Below are positions 27,895 to 40,980 of a DNA stretch of 64,000 nucleotides, piece by piece. Within the stretch, counting starts at the first letter, position 1. The number at the start of each line of letters is the position of its first letter. The notes below the pieces were generated by a model that had not been told where the DNA came from, did no database searches, and worked only from the letters and a program-made list of their open reading frames with translations. The translations under genes and the position numbers were made by a program. Source of the stretch: Camelus ferus (taxonomy: Eukaryota). The stretch lies in the NCBI RefSeq assembly GCF_009834535.1, contig NC_045697.1:31312001-31376000 (forward strand), given 5' to 3'.

Positions 27895-28920
27895 TCCCTA
27901 TTTTAATCTGAATCTTTTATATAAACCTATTTTTTTCTTTACCTTGCCCTGTATTTCTTTATCATGATCTCCAAAATTAAATTTTTTTCCCCTTTATTTC
28001 CAGTGTTCTTAATTTTCACAATGATGAGCCTTAGATGGGTCTGTTTGCATCTGTTAGGCTGCACATTCTTTGGGATGTTCTTTTTATAACATATATTCAG
28101 TTTGGGTAGTTTTCTTGGATTGTTTTAATTTCATTTATTTTTTGAACTTTATAATTTTTTTTTATTGTGGATCACCAAGATCTTCTACCTTTCCACTTAT
28201 ATTCTTTTGCCTATTCTTATGAGAGATTTCTTAAACCTTATTTTCAAACCCTTCTATTGAACTTTTTATTTCTGCTATCATATTTCTAAGAGTTTAGACA
28301 TTTTCATAACGTTATTTTTATAGCATTCTATTTCATGAATGCATCATCTTGTGTTATCTCTGGATATTAATGATAATGAGGGTTTTATTTATTTACCAAG
28401 TTTTTATCTTCCTAGATAGTTGCTATTTCATTTGACTCATTTCCCCTCTGATAGTTTGCTTTGCTCAAATAATTATTAACTAACTTCTTATGTAAGAATG
28501 ATGTAATAAAAGAATGCTTGGAAATTTTGTGTTTGTCAGTAAGGTTTGTTGACTGAGTCTTCATTGTTATATATTATCTGGAACCTCCTGGTGTTAGTAT
28601 GTTTAAGTCTTTTCTCTTGGTTTAATCAGATTTCTAAGATAAGACTTTTCTAAGATACAGTATTGGAAGGTGCACCTTAGCTGCCAGATTTGTGTGCTAA
28701 GTGAAGTTAGAATGCTGGTAATCTTAAGATTTATTATGTACAATTTCATGCATTCTCTGTTTTTTGTGTAGTATTTCTGTTCTCAAATTATGACTGATAT
28801 CCTCTCTAATATTAGAGAAACTGTTTTACCCACTAGTGAATTACTGGGTCTTGGCAAAGGGAGTTCCCCAGGTATCAGCACAGAAAAGAACTCTCTGGGG
28901 CTCTTTGCCTAGTGTGGATC
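27895..28920 (-). mobile_element. Ancient L1 (L1ME-like) fragment; probably continues at ~29500-29900
   Basis: 'aattttcacaatgatgagccttagatgggtctg..ccttctattgaactttttatttctgctatcatatt'. Confidence 0.55.
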
Positions 28921-28924
28921 CATT

Positions 28925-29490
28925 TTCCAGTTATCTATTTCTGCTTAACAATCCCACCCTTTCCTCAAAACTAAGCAATATACAATAACAACTATTTCAT
29001 TATACTCATAGATTTTGTGGAAATTAAGGAAGGGCACAAGATGATGGCTCTTCTTCTTCCATGATACTTGGGGCATCAGTGAGGTAGCATAAATGACTGG
29101 GAGTGACACAAATGATTGGGAGACAGAACAGCTGTGTTTGGAAAATCCAGATACAAGATACTTTCTTCAATCATGGCCCTGATGGAGGTGCCTGAAGTGG
29201 GACTCAGCTGAAACTGTCATCGAGAACGCCTACCCATCTTCCCATCACAGCAGTTTCAAGGTTGTTGACTCTCTGACGCAGCTTTGAGAGCATGTATTCT
29301 GGTGAACAAGGCAGAAGGTGTACGACTTTTTGTAACCTAACACCAGAAGCCACGTGGTGTTGCTCTTGCTGAACTGTATGGGTGGAAACAGTCACAAACC
29401 TGCCCCAGTTCAAGGGGTGGGCACACATGGCTCACTTCTTGACAGGATGACTTTCAAAGAATTTTTGACCATATTATGAAAACACCATAA
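28925..29490 (-). mobile_element. MaLR solo LTR (MLT1H/J-like)
   Basis: 'agttatctatttctgcttaacaatcccaccc..ctcatagattttgtgg..cagtcacaaacctgccccagttcaagggg..caaagaattt'. Confidence 0.75.
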
Positions 29491-29949
29491 CTTCTTATTG
29501 TAACTTTAAGCTTTTTTTTAACCAATCTTCCTATTTTTAGACCAACTTTAATGACTCTTTTCAGATGTATAAAAACCTCTGCAGCTCTGAGATGCGAATT
29601 TGAGTATTTCTTGGATTTATCCCTGCCAACTAAAGATTCAGCCTCCTTTGATCTGCTAAGTCAGTTATCATACATCCATTTCCTTTCTGTCTTCTAAAAT
29701 GTATTCATATACAAAGTGTGTAAATAAAAATTCTAAAATATTTCCTATTCCTTTATTTTTTCTTTTCCCTTTGGGAATTTGTACCTTTTTTTTTTTTTTT
29801 TTTTTTTTTTTCCCAAAAAACACCATCCATTTATTTTCATTTAAGTGAGGTTTAGGGAGAAAGAACAGCTAAATATGCATTCTCGATCTGCCACTTTTAA
29901 TTGAAAGTTTCTGTTCTTTCTTTTGCAAAATACCTGTTACTTACCTAAC

Positions 29950-30210
29950 ACGCATTTATTGAAAAACTGCTCGTTTACTATGTGTCAGGGTCTATGCTAT
30001 GTATTTTATACATTACCTTATAATAATCTCATTTAATGTCTTTGTCTTAATATGTATAATCCTTTGATATACTACTATTAACTCTGTTTTACAGATGAGG
30101 AAACTGAAACTAAAGAAGTTATATAAATTTACCAAAACCACTCATCTAGAAAGTAACAAACCTTGGGACTGAAACTTAAGTCTGCTAACTCCAGAGCAAA
30201 GATAGTGTGC
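29950..30210 (-). mobile_element. MIR SINE
   Basis: 'ttttacagatgaggaaactga..taactccagagc'. Confidence 0.8.
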
Positions 30211-30612
30211 CCTCAAATGTCATGTCTAACACTATGTTTCTTAAGATGTCTTGCAGTACAAATTTTGCCTAACCCTGTGGTTAACTATGATAATAAGAAT
30301 TTTATCGAAAGTGGATAACGTGGGCCATCAGCTAAGTTGGTGATGATGAAATCTGGGTCTTGATTACCTTCTGGGATGCCTCAATTTATACAGTATCTGT
30401 GTTTCAGAGAAGATCTATGTAAATCTACTTTCTGTAAATCAACACTTTTTGAAAGCCTTTTGACACTTGTTACTCAAAGAACTCTTCTGAGGAATTATTT
30501 TGTGAAGCAAATGATTATTTTTTATAGTTCTAATGACCCTCAAATTTACCAGTAGTGTATATGGAGAGTTTGGTATTTGTATTGATACAAACATATCAAA
30601 ACATGTGTTTGT

Positions 30613-30647
30613 ACTGATACATTTTATCACTGATACATTTTATCACT
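30613..30647. repeat. 16-bp direct tandem duplication
   Basis: actgatacattttatc x2 plus act. Confidence 0.9.
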
Positions 30648-30829
30648 CTCTTCTAAAAACACTCACCATGAAGGAGTGAATTAGAATGGAAAAGGAAAGA
30701 AGAGAACATTAAAACCCTCCAATCTCGCATTGTGCTTTTGCCTTGAAGGTAGTAGATGGTCTCTAAGGAAAAATTAAAAGACATGACGTCAGGTCATCAA
30801 TAGCATGAACAGCATAATAACTGAACTAA

Positions 30830-31060
30830 ATGATGATGGTAACAGTCTTAGCATTTTATTCAGGGTTTATTTTACTCCAAGTAATGGGCCAAGCACCTTC
30901 CACAAATTACCTACTTAAGTAGACAAGTACTGTGATTATTCTCATTTTTAAATCAAGAAGTTGGGGTATAAATCAAAGGCAATCATTTTTCCCCATGTAA
31001 TGAACCTGGTATTTAAAAGAGCCACATCCATCTGACTCTTGAACCCATGCTCTAGGCCAG
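30830..31060 (-). mobile_element. MIR SINE
   Basis: 'cttagcattttattcaggg..attattctcatttttaaatcaagaagttggg..tctgactcttgaacccatgctct'. Confidence 0.55.
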
Positions 31061-31730
31061 TATAATAAAAGCTGCCAAATGACTAGTAAACACATGCCAA
31101 ATAATAAGACTCACTTAGGCGTCTGTTGAAAATACTGGACCCCCTGATTCAATCCTACTGAATCAGAATCTCCAGGGAGTAAGCCTGCTATCCTCCAGTT
31201 TGTAAAACTAGCAGATGACCCTTTTTTTCAACCACTCTAGTTTGGGGCAATGTTGTACTATTCTATTGCCTCACTTGATTTGATAAGAAATGATCAAATA
31301 AAGAGATGGAGAAACTGCTGGGTCTTCAGTGATTTCTTCTATTATGGCTAGTAGTCATCACAGCATATTAGTTCTCTAATAGCTGCACGCAAATACTCAC
31401 TAGTCTCACATTTTGCCAAAACAGCCTGGTCAGAGGCAGTCGGGCATGCAGATGTTTTAACTACATGATTCCATGCACTCTGATGATCATTGCTGCATTT
31501 CTTCTTCTCTTTGAAAGAAAGATTGAGAAGATCCTTTGATTCTTTGATCCTGGCTCTTTTGATTAATTAGTTAAGATGCGTAGGGTAACAACAGTGCCAG
31601 GTTTCTTTATTTGAAGAGTTTGCCTCTCGTGAATTGTGGCACACATCCTGCTTTGCATACTTGAAGGCTCTTCCCCACCATATCTGGTTCTGCAGTGTTC
31701 CTACAGATACACGCTGGAGCTATCATGTAT

Positions 31731-31768
31731 CCATGTCCCCCATGTCCCTCATGTCCCCCATGTCCCCC
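31731..31768. repeat. 9-bp tandem repeat (CCATGTCCC) x~4
   Basis: ccatgtccc ccatgtccc tcatgtccc ccatgtccc. Confidence 0.85.
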
Positions 31769-33758
31769 TACCCTGCTCTTGACTTTGGATCTTCCTCACA
31801 GCCGACCCTCCATTATGCAAGATTTTTAGACTCTCATCTCATCTTATTCCACGCCCCCCCCCTTTTTTGTAGGTCTTCTAATGGGGCAACTGCCCTCTGG
31901 GAATAATTCTTTAGAGCAATAACTTCAGGCCTGCTTTGGTGATGCTTGATTAAGCTTCCAGTTACTTTGAAGGGAGATGCAATATAATTTTAAATATTTC
32001 TATAAAAGAATATCTTTTTATAAGGCACTTGGCAATAGGAAGTGTTGATGTAAAATCAAATAAATAATAGACTGTGGAAACTAAAACAGCAATTTTACTG
32101 ATCTTTTTGCTTGAAGTGGTTAATATCCCTTCCAACACACCTATCTGGAAAGGATAGGAAAGATTTAAAATCCTCATAGAATTTAGCCCATAGGCTATTG
32201 TTTATAATCTTTGAAGAAAAAAATCTAAGATCTAATATATGCTTTTTTAAGTCTTTTATGAAAACACTATGTGAAATTTTTAAATATTTAAAACCATTAC
32301 ATTGTGTCAGTAAAAGATATAAAAAGTTGAAGGAAAGTTTCACAAACTCTACTTTTCAGAAAAGTTGTAGCAAGTGTCTAAAATTGTCTTTAGGCAGTTT
32401 ATTCAGAAGTGGTGGCAAAATGTTTAAAAATATGATCTCCCTCTTTGCTGAGACTGTAAAAGATAATCTGAAAGAGGCACTCACAAAACACAAGCTCCTT
32501 TTCTGGGAAAAAGAATCATCACCCTTGTTATCCCGTGAAAATTCATCTTCTTCTTTTCAGCTGAGATGAAGACTTGATCTGTCCTTCTCTGTAGGTACCA
32601 TCTGTGTCCAAATGAGGCCGTTACTCCAACTCAAAGCAGACTTGCAAGAATAAAGTAATCAATCTTCATCATATTGCTGCACTTTCGACAGTTAATTTTC
32701 TAGAGTAATTTGTCATTGTGAGGAGCACAAGATTTGTCTGAATTTGTGTCAAAGGTTATTGACTGAATTGCCACCTCATCTTGTCAGTCAATCTATAAAT
32801 ATGGGCAAGTTTGGGCAGAGGCTAATGGCCTCTTGCTGTGTGGATGAGATTGTCCAAAGTAGGTGGCTGATAAGAGATAGATTGTTAAATGACTATAACT
32901 CAATAAAAAAAATGTTCAAAAAAAAGAAATATCTGTTGTTCCACTCATTCCTTGTGGTAGCACTGACTTTGCGTTAATCTTAGAAACTTCTAGTGCTTTA
33001 TTCATTATTTTTTTCTTTAAGATGGGGCTAAAAAATAGTTATGACTATATTCTAGTTTCCACAAAAGCTAATCCATGTATTAAAATTTATATCATAACTT
33101 GGTGAAATTGACCCTGTATTTTCCATAAAATTGAGGGTAAATTATGCTTGTTTAACTTCCATTGCATTTTTATGGATAGGGTTTGCATTTTGGAAAAGCT
33201 ATGTCATCTTTACGCTAATAATAATTACCAACCTTAAGTCAGATGCATGTTCTTTGTATTGAGTCTGATACTGGGACTGTATCTATGTGACTATGTGACA
33301 GATTTTATCATACTTGCTGGTCCTCTAATTCTCACTGTAATAATCTAATAAGAATAGTTAGGTTAAAAAATTTGATCAGGAAATATTCATTCTCAATTCT
33401 TGCCAATGGCAGTGTTTCCTTCTTAAGGAATACACATATTATGGCTAAACACTAATAAAACATTTGGCTGGATATCTTTTTATGTGGGTTATTGTAGAGT
33501 AGATTAGTTTAAAATGCATCTAGCCTTGAAGTATATAGCTGGATTGTTTCTCATAGATACCGATTCTTTTTGCTACTTCATTACAATTGCTTCTTGCCGG
33601 TATCTGAACTCCTTGAGAAAATTATCATAGTAATGGTAACAGCACCAGTGACTGCAGCAGATAACTACTAGTTGTGGAGCTCTCCATGTCTTCTATACAG
33701 TGCTCTGAGTGCTTGGTATGAATAATCACCCATCACGTTCATAATACACATGGGAGGA

Positions 33759-34424
33759 TGAAGAAGCCTAAATAATGGACCGCCAAAGATGTCTGCATCC
33801 TCTAACCACTGTAACCATAGTGACCTGGAAGGCAGAAGGGACTTGCAGAAGGAGGTAGAGTTAAAGATCTTAAATAGGCAGATAATCCTGGATTATCTGG
33901 AAGGGCTTTTGGAAGTGGAATGGCGAGTCAGAGAGATGCGACTAAGGGAGAAGAAGCTGGAGGGACTCAACCTAGGTTGCTGCCTTTGAAGATGGAGGAA
34001 GACGACCATGAGCCAAGGAATGCAGCTACTTTTAAATGCTGGGAATAACCCTCAGCAGGCAGCCAGCCAGGAGGTGGAGACCTGAGTTTGATATTTCAAG
34101 GAACTGAATTCTTCTAAGAAACCTGAAAGAGCAAGGACACAGATTCTTCCCAGAGCCTCCAGAAAGGAGCACAGTCCAGCTGACACCCAGAGCCTCCAGA
34201 AAGGAGCACAGTCCAGCTGACACCCAGAGCCTCCAGAAAGGAGCACAGTCCAGCTGACACCCAGAGCCTCCAGAAAGGAGCACAGTCCAGCTGACACTTT
34301 GTTGTTATTTAGGCTGGTGAGATCATGTTAAACTTCTGACCTGGGGAACTGTAAGATAAATTTCTGTTGTTTAAGCTGTTAAGCTTGTGGTAATCTGTTA
34401 AGGCCACTATTGAAAACTAACGGA
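33759..34424 (+). mobile_element. MaLR solo LTR (MLT1D-like) inserted into a MIR
   Basis: 'aataatggaccgccaaagatgtc..gataatcctggattatctgg..ctttgaagatggaggaag..gaactgtaagataaatttctgttgtttaagc'; flanks gagga/gaggt; MIR halves at ~33660-33758 and ~34425-34470. Confidence 0.85.
34149..34297. repeat. Perfect 37-bp minisatellite, 4 copies
   Basis: cccagagcctccagaaaggagcacagtccagctgaca starts at 34149, 34186, 34223 and 34260 with no mismatches. Confidence 0.97.
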
Positions 34425-36984
34425 GAGGTAAATACCCTCTCTATTTTACAAATGGAGAGACTGAGTTGGGCTACTACGTTAAAAACAAATTTTTATCTCA
34501 GGTCTTAACAGAGTGAGTGGCATACGATACACTTTTAATGTGTTTGTAGAGTAGATGAATAAATGGATCTTTTTATGTGTTCTTCCCAAACCAATACCGA
34601 TTTAATTCTTTCTTAAACTAGGTATTTTCCTAATGGAAATATTTTAACTAGTCAGTGATTCTACACACCTATTCTGTTCATATCACTGCTCTCAGAGGGT
34701 ATACCCCCTTAATAAAGTACAATATACTTGAAAAGCAAAATAGAGAGCCATCAGAAATTCAATGAGTATACATTAATTATTCAAGAAAAAAATAGAAGCA
34801 GTATTTTAGTATAGTATACTTGTGTAATTGGAAAATATATACATTGCTGTTGATCTCCTCAATTGTAACCAAGATCAAATAAATAATTCCCTCTGTTTCT
34901 CAATGCCAGATAGAGTTTTCTGTGTGAGAAACAGCTCAGTTACTACTCTCTTCCTCCAGTTCAGAACATCTATGTTTGTGTCTTATGATCTGAACATTTG
35001 AAACCATTTTGGCAATCATTATGTTTTCTCTGTCCATGGTATCCTAACATCAATGTCACACCTGTAACACAAGAACTTTTTATACTTTCATTCTAGCTGT
35101 CCAGGGGAATTACTGCATAACTCTTTAAAGTACCCCTACCTTCTGGTTCATAGTTAACTTCCATATGCCACACAGCCTGGAAGTTAGACCAAACTTCACA
35201 TATCCTCCAGTACTGGTGCAAATCAATACTCCACTCTCAGCTGCTTTAGAGGATGACAGACTATTCCTTAGGGAAGGTTTCTGAGAAGTCCTAAACTTTG
35301 TGTAGGAGATGTTGTCTATATAACAAGCAGCCCATCATAGACAAAGCACCTAAATTGGTCAAAATTTTTCCATATTATTTTAAATAACATCCCCAACAGA
35401 CAAATACAATGTTTTATCTATGGATATAATATTTAGATGGTTTTTCAGAGAAAGTAGAGATAACTTCACTTTAGATGATAAAAAAGGACAACTCAAAGAG
35501 CTGGAAATAGATGTAGATATTGAAATATGTGTAAAATTTAATTAAACATAAAGAAGGAAAGTAGATTACTTGATGGGAGAAAAGTGAGGGTAAAAGCAGT
35601 TGGGGGGGGACTGCGAAGTTTTTAAGGGGATCACAAATGGACTGGTTTAAATAAAATTAATTGTAAATTCAAAAGAATTATAGGAAATAAGTCTTAAAAG
35701 TTATGTTGGAGCCAGACTGTAAAAAGTGTTGAATGTTAAATAAAGAATTTGAACCAAATCTCAACTTACTCAGTTTACTTGAAAGTCTTTTAAGATAAAC
35801 AGTGTTACCATGAACGTGTGTTTCATGTATTCAAAAAATGTTGCATACTACATATTTGAAAATATGAGTGGCAGTTTAATCCATGAGTGACTTCTAAAGA
35901 TACTATAAATCCATTCAAATGACTTGATAGCAGAAACATACATATATAACTTTACAAGTAGAAAAGTCATAGATAAACACACTTTGTCTATTTAAAGACA
36001 TAGCTTTTGAGATTGCTCATGAATGAGACTACGTGTTGAATAGGAACTGGTGGACAGGAGACTATGTGTTCAGCAATAAATCGTATTTTAGATGGACATT
36101 TATGGATGTGGTGAGTTCCAATGTCTGCCTATTGAAACCTCTAACTCTTACTGTTTGAGTTGAATATAGTGTTGAGATGTGAGCCTCTTGTTCAGGCTGG
36201 CACTTCAGGTTTCAGCAGATTAATCTGGTGATAAATCAAAATCCCACTGTAGGAGAACCGATGACATCTTGTGTCCAAATGACTTGAGATGAAATAAATG
36301 GAGTTTTTATAAAAGTGCCTGTATTGAAAATTCAAGAATATGATATACTGCAAAAAAAAAAAAAAAAAAAAAGTTGGGGGTGGCGAAACAGGGTGAAAGT
36401 TTTTCATCAAAACAAGCCTAGCAATTAAAAAAAAAAAATCTTGGAGATAAATGTAAATTTCATGCTTCAAGGAAAAATCTAATAAATGTTCAACATTCTG
36501 TTTCACAAGACAGAATTGTGTAAGCTGTTGACATAGGGCTTAAGAAGTTATAGACACTGTAAGTTAACCACATTTTACTTTTTTTGAAGATAAAAAATGT
36601 TATTTGAAAGTATTTCTTTTTCTGTTAGTTTTGAAAAGAATTTTCACAGAGACAAGTGAAACAAAATGCCACTTTCAAGTTTGTTTAAGAAAGACTCTCT
36701 AATTTAAATGAATTTTAATCATAAGTTACAATTTCTCTTACTTCACTGAATATTAGACATAGTGTTATATTTTTATTTTGATAATCAAAGATGACATGTC
36801 ACAATAATTTCAAATGTAGTTATTCCCAGTTAAGGTGCTGTTTAACTAGTTGGAGTGACTTTCATAATATACAGTGTAAGTTATAGGTGTTAGACATTAA
36901 TCACCATAACAGTTCTTGCCCAGCCACAGAACGGATATTTCTATGGGACAGTCCAAAAGTCAAGCTGCTGTAAGACAAACATGA

Positions 36985-37618
36985 TGATGCAGGAAAAATG
37001 GATGTGGGGCGTGAGGAGGGCTGTGTACTAGGCTTCAGCTGAGCCCCTGGAATGTGCCCTGACAAGTGTGGGTCCTTGGCTTCACACAGGAAAGAATTCA
37101 AGAGCGAGCCACAGTTGAGTAAAGGTAGGTTTATTCAGAGAGATACATTGAAAGGCAAGAGAAAGGCCCCGAGGTGTGGGGGTTTGGGTGCTCAGATTAA
37201 AACTAAGTACACACTCCATAGACAGAATGTGGGCCATCTCCCAAGAGGGAGAGAGAGAGGGCAGTGGCAGCGAGGCACCCTGTTGCCAGTTTTCATGGGC
37301 TTGGTGGCTTCATATGCTAATAAGTGGAAGGAGCAGTCTAACTAGCCTGGGGCAGCAGCTGGGATTCCCAGGAAGCTGGCCATTGCCCACCCTTTGATCT
37401 CTTGTGGCTAGCCTTGGGACTGCCGTGGTGCCTGTGGGCGTGTTATTCACCACGCTAATATATTACAATGAGCTATAATGAAACTCAAGATCTGCTCGAA
37501 GTCAAATCTCCTCCCATCTTGACCCTCAAGGCCTGCTGGGGGCTGAGTCTTCCACCATTTTGATGTTAACTGCTGTATCTTTCCTTGACTGGCTGTGCCC
37601 TGCCCCCTTCCTGTCTCA
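36985..37618 (-). mobile_element. ERV1-like solo LTR (family A)
   Basis: TG..CA termini (tgatgcagg..ctgtctca); antisense AATAAA ('tttatt' ~37130); homologous to 38689-39720 in the opposite orientation. Confidence 0.88.
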
Positions 37619-37724
37619 GTAAGACAAGAGTAGGTTTCTGTAATAAACAGAAACCTAAGAATTCTCTGGACCTCGGGTCTTAGCATGGACACACACATCA
37701 TGTATCTGCTGTACCCTTATATTT

Positions 37725-38292
37725 TTACAAAATGGAGAAGGATCCTATAGGGCCTTCCCTGGCACAAGCCCTTTCCTTGTCCCCGGCTTCTTGTTTGTAG
37801 GAAGCAGGCTTCATTCAGCCTCCTCCAGCTTCCCTGAGCTTCAAAGGGCAAATTTAAACAATTGCTAATTGGGGAAGGGAGGGAATGTAGAAAGAAAGGA
37901 GGAGCAGTCAAGAGACAATAGTGCAGCCTTGGGGCAGAGGTCCGGTTCCTCCTCAATGAATATACATAACAATACCTTCCAGTTCTGCAGGAACTAAGCC
38001 CCCCAGCCAGGTGGAGGATGGCAGCTTCAGGCTGAGCTCAGGAGTCCTGGAACACCACCCTGTTATCTCACCAACAACCCAGCCGAAGAAAGTCGCACGC
38101 CCTACAGCCCTCACCCCAAATTTTGCCTATAAACTCTTCTCCAAAACCATTGAGGAGTTGGGGTTTTCTGAACACGAGCCACCCATCCTCCTCTCTTGGC
38201 CCTGAAGTAAAGGTTTCTCTGCCCCAAACTCTGATGTTTCTGTTTGTTTGGCCTCACTGTGCATGATGGGCACGAACTTGTGTTTGGTAACA
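37725..38292 (+). mobile_element. ERV1-like solo LTR (family B)
   Basis: TATA-like 'gcctataaa' (~38128), poly(A)-signal-like 'agtaaa' (~38206), ends 'ggtaaca'; the 5' edge is approximate. Confidence 0.8.
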
Positions 38293-38688
38293 TTTATAGC
38301 GATCTTGTTCTCACAATGATTTCTTATCCTGAATTCTCTCTCTCTTTTTCCCTCCTTCTTTAGGCTTAAGTTCCCTTATACCCATATTTTATAATAAAAG
38401 CAAAAAACAAATTAGCGTTTCCCTTCACATTGACTCTTTCCTGCTTTCTTTGTTTCAGTTTATTTTCCCACCCTTCACTAATTTCTATTCCTGTCTCTAA
38501 TGCTCCAAAATGAATTCTGTGTTTTAAAATTGACTGATATTTGGCTTCCAGACTCACTGTCAGTGGGGAAGAAAGTACTATTGATACCTACCATTTATTG
38601 ACATTATCCATTCCTTTTAGCAAGGGACCTGTCTTTGCTCATCTGCTAAGAGGAAGAGAGCAACTGTGGGAAGATGAGGTCATGGAAC

Positions 38689-39720
38689 TGAGACAGGAGG
38701 GAAGAGGGCGGGACACGGTCATTAAAAGAATGACACAGCAATTAGCACCAAGATGGTGGAAGATTCAACTCCCAGTGGACTTTGAGCTTCAATATATGCT
38801 CATTGAAATACAGTAGCATGCTAAATGGCCCTCCCAGGGGTGCAGGACAGTTTTAAGGATGATCGTAAAAGGTCAAAGCATGAGTGATTGTTACGGAAAC
38901 GACAGGCCAGTCAAGAAACAAGCACCACTCGGAGGGTTGGAGTACTCAGATGTATTACGCCGGCAGGCTCAGAGGGGCTTCTGCTCCGAAGCTCTGAGCA
39001 CCTTCAAGATGTGCACATGAGGTTTTATAGGGTAAAGTACAAGCTTGGGGTATTCGGCCAATAGGCATGGAACAGCTTTAGCAGCATTATCATCACAAAA
39101 GTTGAGGCGGGGAGGCAGCGAACCAACATTCCAAAGCCAGATATGTATCTTTGAAAATCCAGGTGGCTAGCAAAAACACATAAACAGCAAACCAACACTA
39201 ATTAACCTAGATTTACAAGTTAGTCTAGCAGAACTCAGATCAGTATTCCAATACTTAGATTTGTGAGTTATCTTTTTAGACCAACCCAGCTTTTCCTTCA
39301 CATGATGGCCCAATTCCTGGGAATCTCTGCCCCTTCACCCAAAGTAGTTGGAATAATCCTCCCACTTGTTAGCATGTAAAGATACTGAGCCCATGAAAAC
39401 TAACAACCCCCACTCCTCATGGCCCCTCTCCCTTTTGAGTGAGACAGCCCACACTCTACTGAGTGTGTAACTACTTTTACTTTAAACTGAGCACCCAACC
39501 CCATACCTCGTGGCCTCTCTCTTGCCTCCTGAAACAGCCTGCACTCTGTCAATGGGGTATGTATCTCTCTGAACAAATCTACCTTTACTCAACTGTGCTT
39601 GCTCTTGAATTCTTTCCTGCACGAAGTCAAGCACCCACAGTTGGTGGGGCGCATCCCAGGGACTCACACCAAGACCTAGGACACGGTCATCCTCTAGCTG
39701 CACACTTTTTTCCTGTGTCA
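38689..39720 (+). mobile_element. ERV1-like solo LTR (family A), split by a nested LTR
   Basis: tgagacagg..cctgtgtca; 'acctttactcaactgtg..ctcttgaattctttcctg' nearly matches the reverse complement of 37087-37128. Confidence 0.88.
38889..39302 (-). mobile_element. Younger solo LTR (family C) nested in a family A LTR
   Basis: TG..CA termini; perfect 4-bp TSD TGAT (38885-38888 and 39303-39306); antisense TATA 'cctataaaa' (~39023-39031) and a CCAAT at 39058; several CpGs retained. Confidence 0.9.
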
Positions 39721-40009
39721 GGATCACAGAGTTATCAGGAACTTGGGAAATGAGAGAAATTGCTAAGCTCTTCTTAGGAATGAACGGGAATCTGTTGGAA
39801 ATCTGGGTGTTAGTAGGGGTGAGGGAAGACAGAAATGACAGGAGAGTAGAAAGCAAAGAGGATGACTTATTGTCGGACAAAGCAAAAGGCAGGGAATTGA
39901 ACTGAGGAAATGCCAGAGGGGCTTTTGTTACAGAATGAAAGTTCGTGTGCCAGACACATAGTGAGGTCGAACAAAACAAAAAGTTAGAATTTGGAGCAGA
40001 GAAGCCTCC

Positions 40010-40448
40010 TCCAAAATGGAAACAACCCCAAACATCCATCAGCTGGTGGATGGGCAAAGAAGTTGTAGTACATCCAAATGATGGAATGACTTTCAGCAAT
40101 AAAAAGGATCAGGCTACTAGTACTTGGAAAAACACAAATGAACCTTGAAAGCATTATGTTAAGTGCAAGGAGCCAGACACAAAAGATTACATACTGTGTG
40201 ATCCCATTTATATTAAATTTAGGAAAAGACAGAAATCAGATCATCGGTGTCTAAGGCCTGGATGTGAGAGAAAAAAATTGGATATAAAGAAACATACTTT
40301 TTAGGGTGATGGAAATATTCTCGTCTTAACTGAATGGTGGTTACATGGTTGCTTGGAGTTGCCAAAATTTGAAATAATTGTTCATATTAAAATAAAAGTA
40401 AACCTTTCTGTGTATAAATATATATCTCAATAAACTTATCTTAAAAAT
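40010..40448 (+). mobile_element. L1MB/MC-type 3' fragment
   Basis: 'tggaaacaaccccaaacatccatcagctggtggatgg..gaaccttgaaagcattatgttaagtgcaaggagccagacacaaaag..tatctcaataaac'. Confidence 0.8.
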
Positions 40449-40599
40449 GTAGAGCCAAAACAAGCTACTGTAGACGAGGTTGACAGTTGCCATTAGATTC
40501 CCATGAGGAAATACTGAGTTCTTATTATAAACAAGTGGATCTCAGGGCAGAGTAGACAAAAGGAAAGCAAAGATTCATAAATGTAGACTATGTCAGTGC

Positions 40600-40980
40600 C
40601 CCATCATATAACCCTGGACACTCAGTATTTTCCTGAAACTGAGGCTTTCTATTCAGAGAAAAAGCAAGTGGTCTCAGGGTTTTTCTTCGACTACTGAAGC
40701 CCATTATGTCCACGTGCATGGGAGAACTAACCATTCTGCAAGAACAGTCCTCAATCAGTGACTCATCAGAGTTAGTGGGTAAATCCCCTAGCTTCCTTGT
40801 CCCCCGTGAGGACCGAGCTCCAGTACCCACAGTGGCATCCTTTTTGATGAAGCACTCTTCATTCCCGTCTTCCCTCCCCTCACCTCCCCAGTGCCCTACT
40901 GGTGCTTCCCAGCACCACAGGCTCAGTAAACTGCTCTGACTGACATCCGGTCTTGAGGTCTACTTCTGAGGGAACCAATG
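40600..40980 (+). mobile_element. Old ERVL-type LTR fragment
   Basis: 3' end 'cagtaaactgctctgactgacatccggtcttgaggtctacttctgagggaacc'. Confidence 0.4.

Noticed and set aside
32198..32569. 123-aa ORF and overlapping antisense ORFs
   Set aside because: The K/F/S/L-rich composition is expected from AT-rich noncoding DNA; no ATG start or coherent splice structure.
34149..34297. CRISPR-like 37-bp repeats
   Set aside because: The units are head-to-tail with no spacers, there are no cas genes, and they lie within a mammalian LTR.
36970..37627. 9-bp 'gtaagacaa' on both sides of the LTR as a TSD
   Set aside because: The left copy is separated from the LTR edge by 6 bp, and 9 bp is not an ERV TSD length.
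39482..40099. Longest ORF (205 aa, minus strand)
   Set aside because: It runs antisense across an L1 fragment and an LTR and has no recognisable domain.
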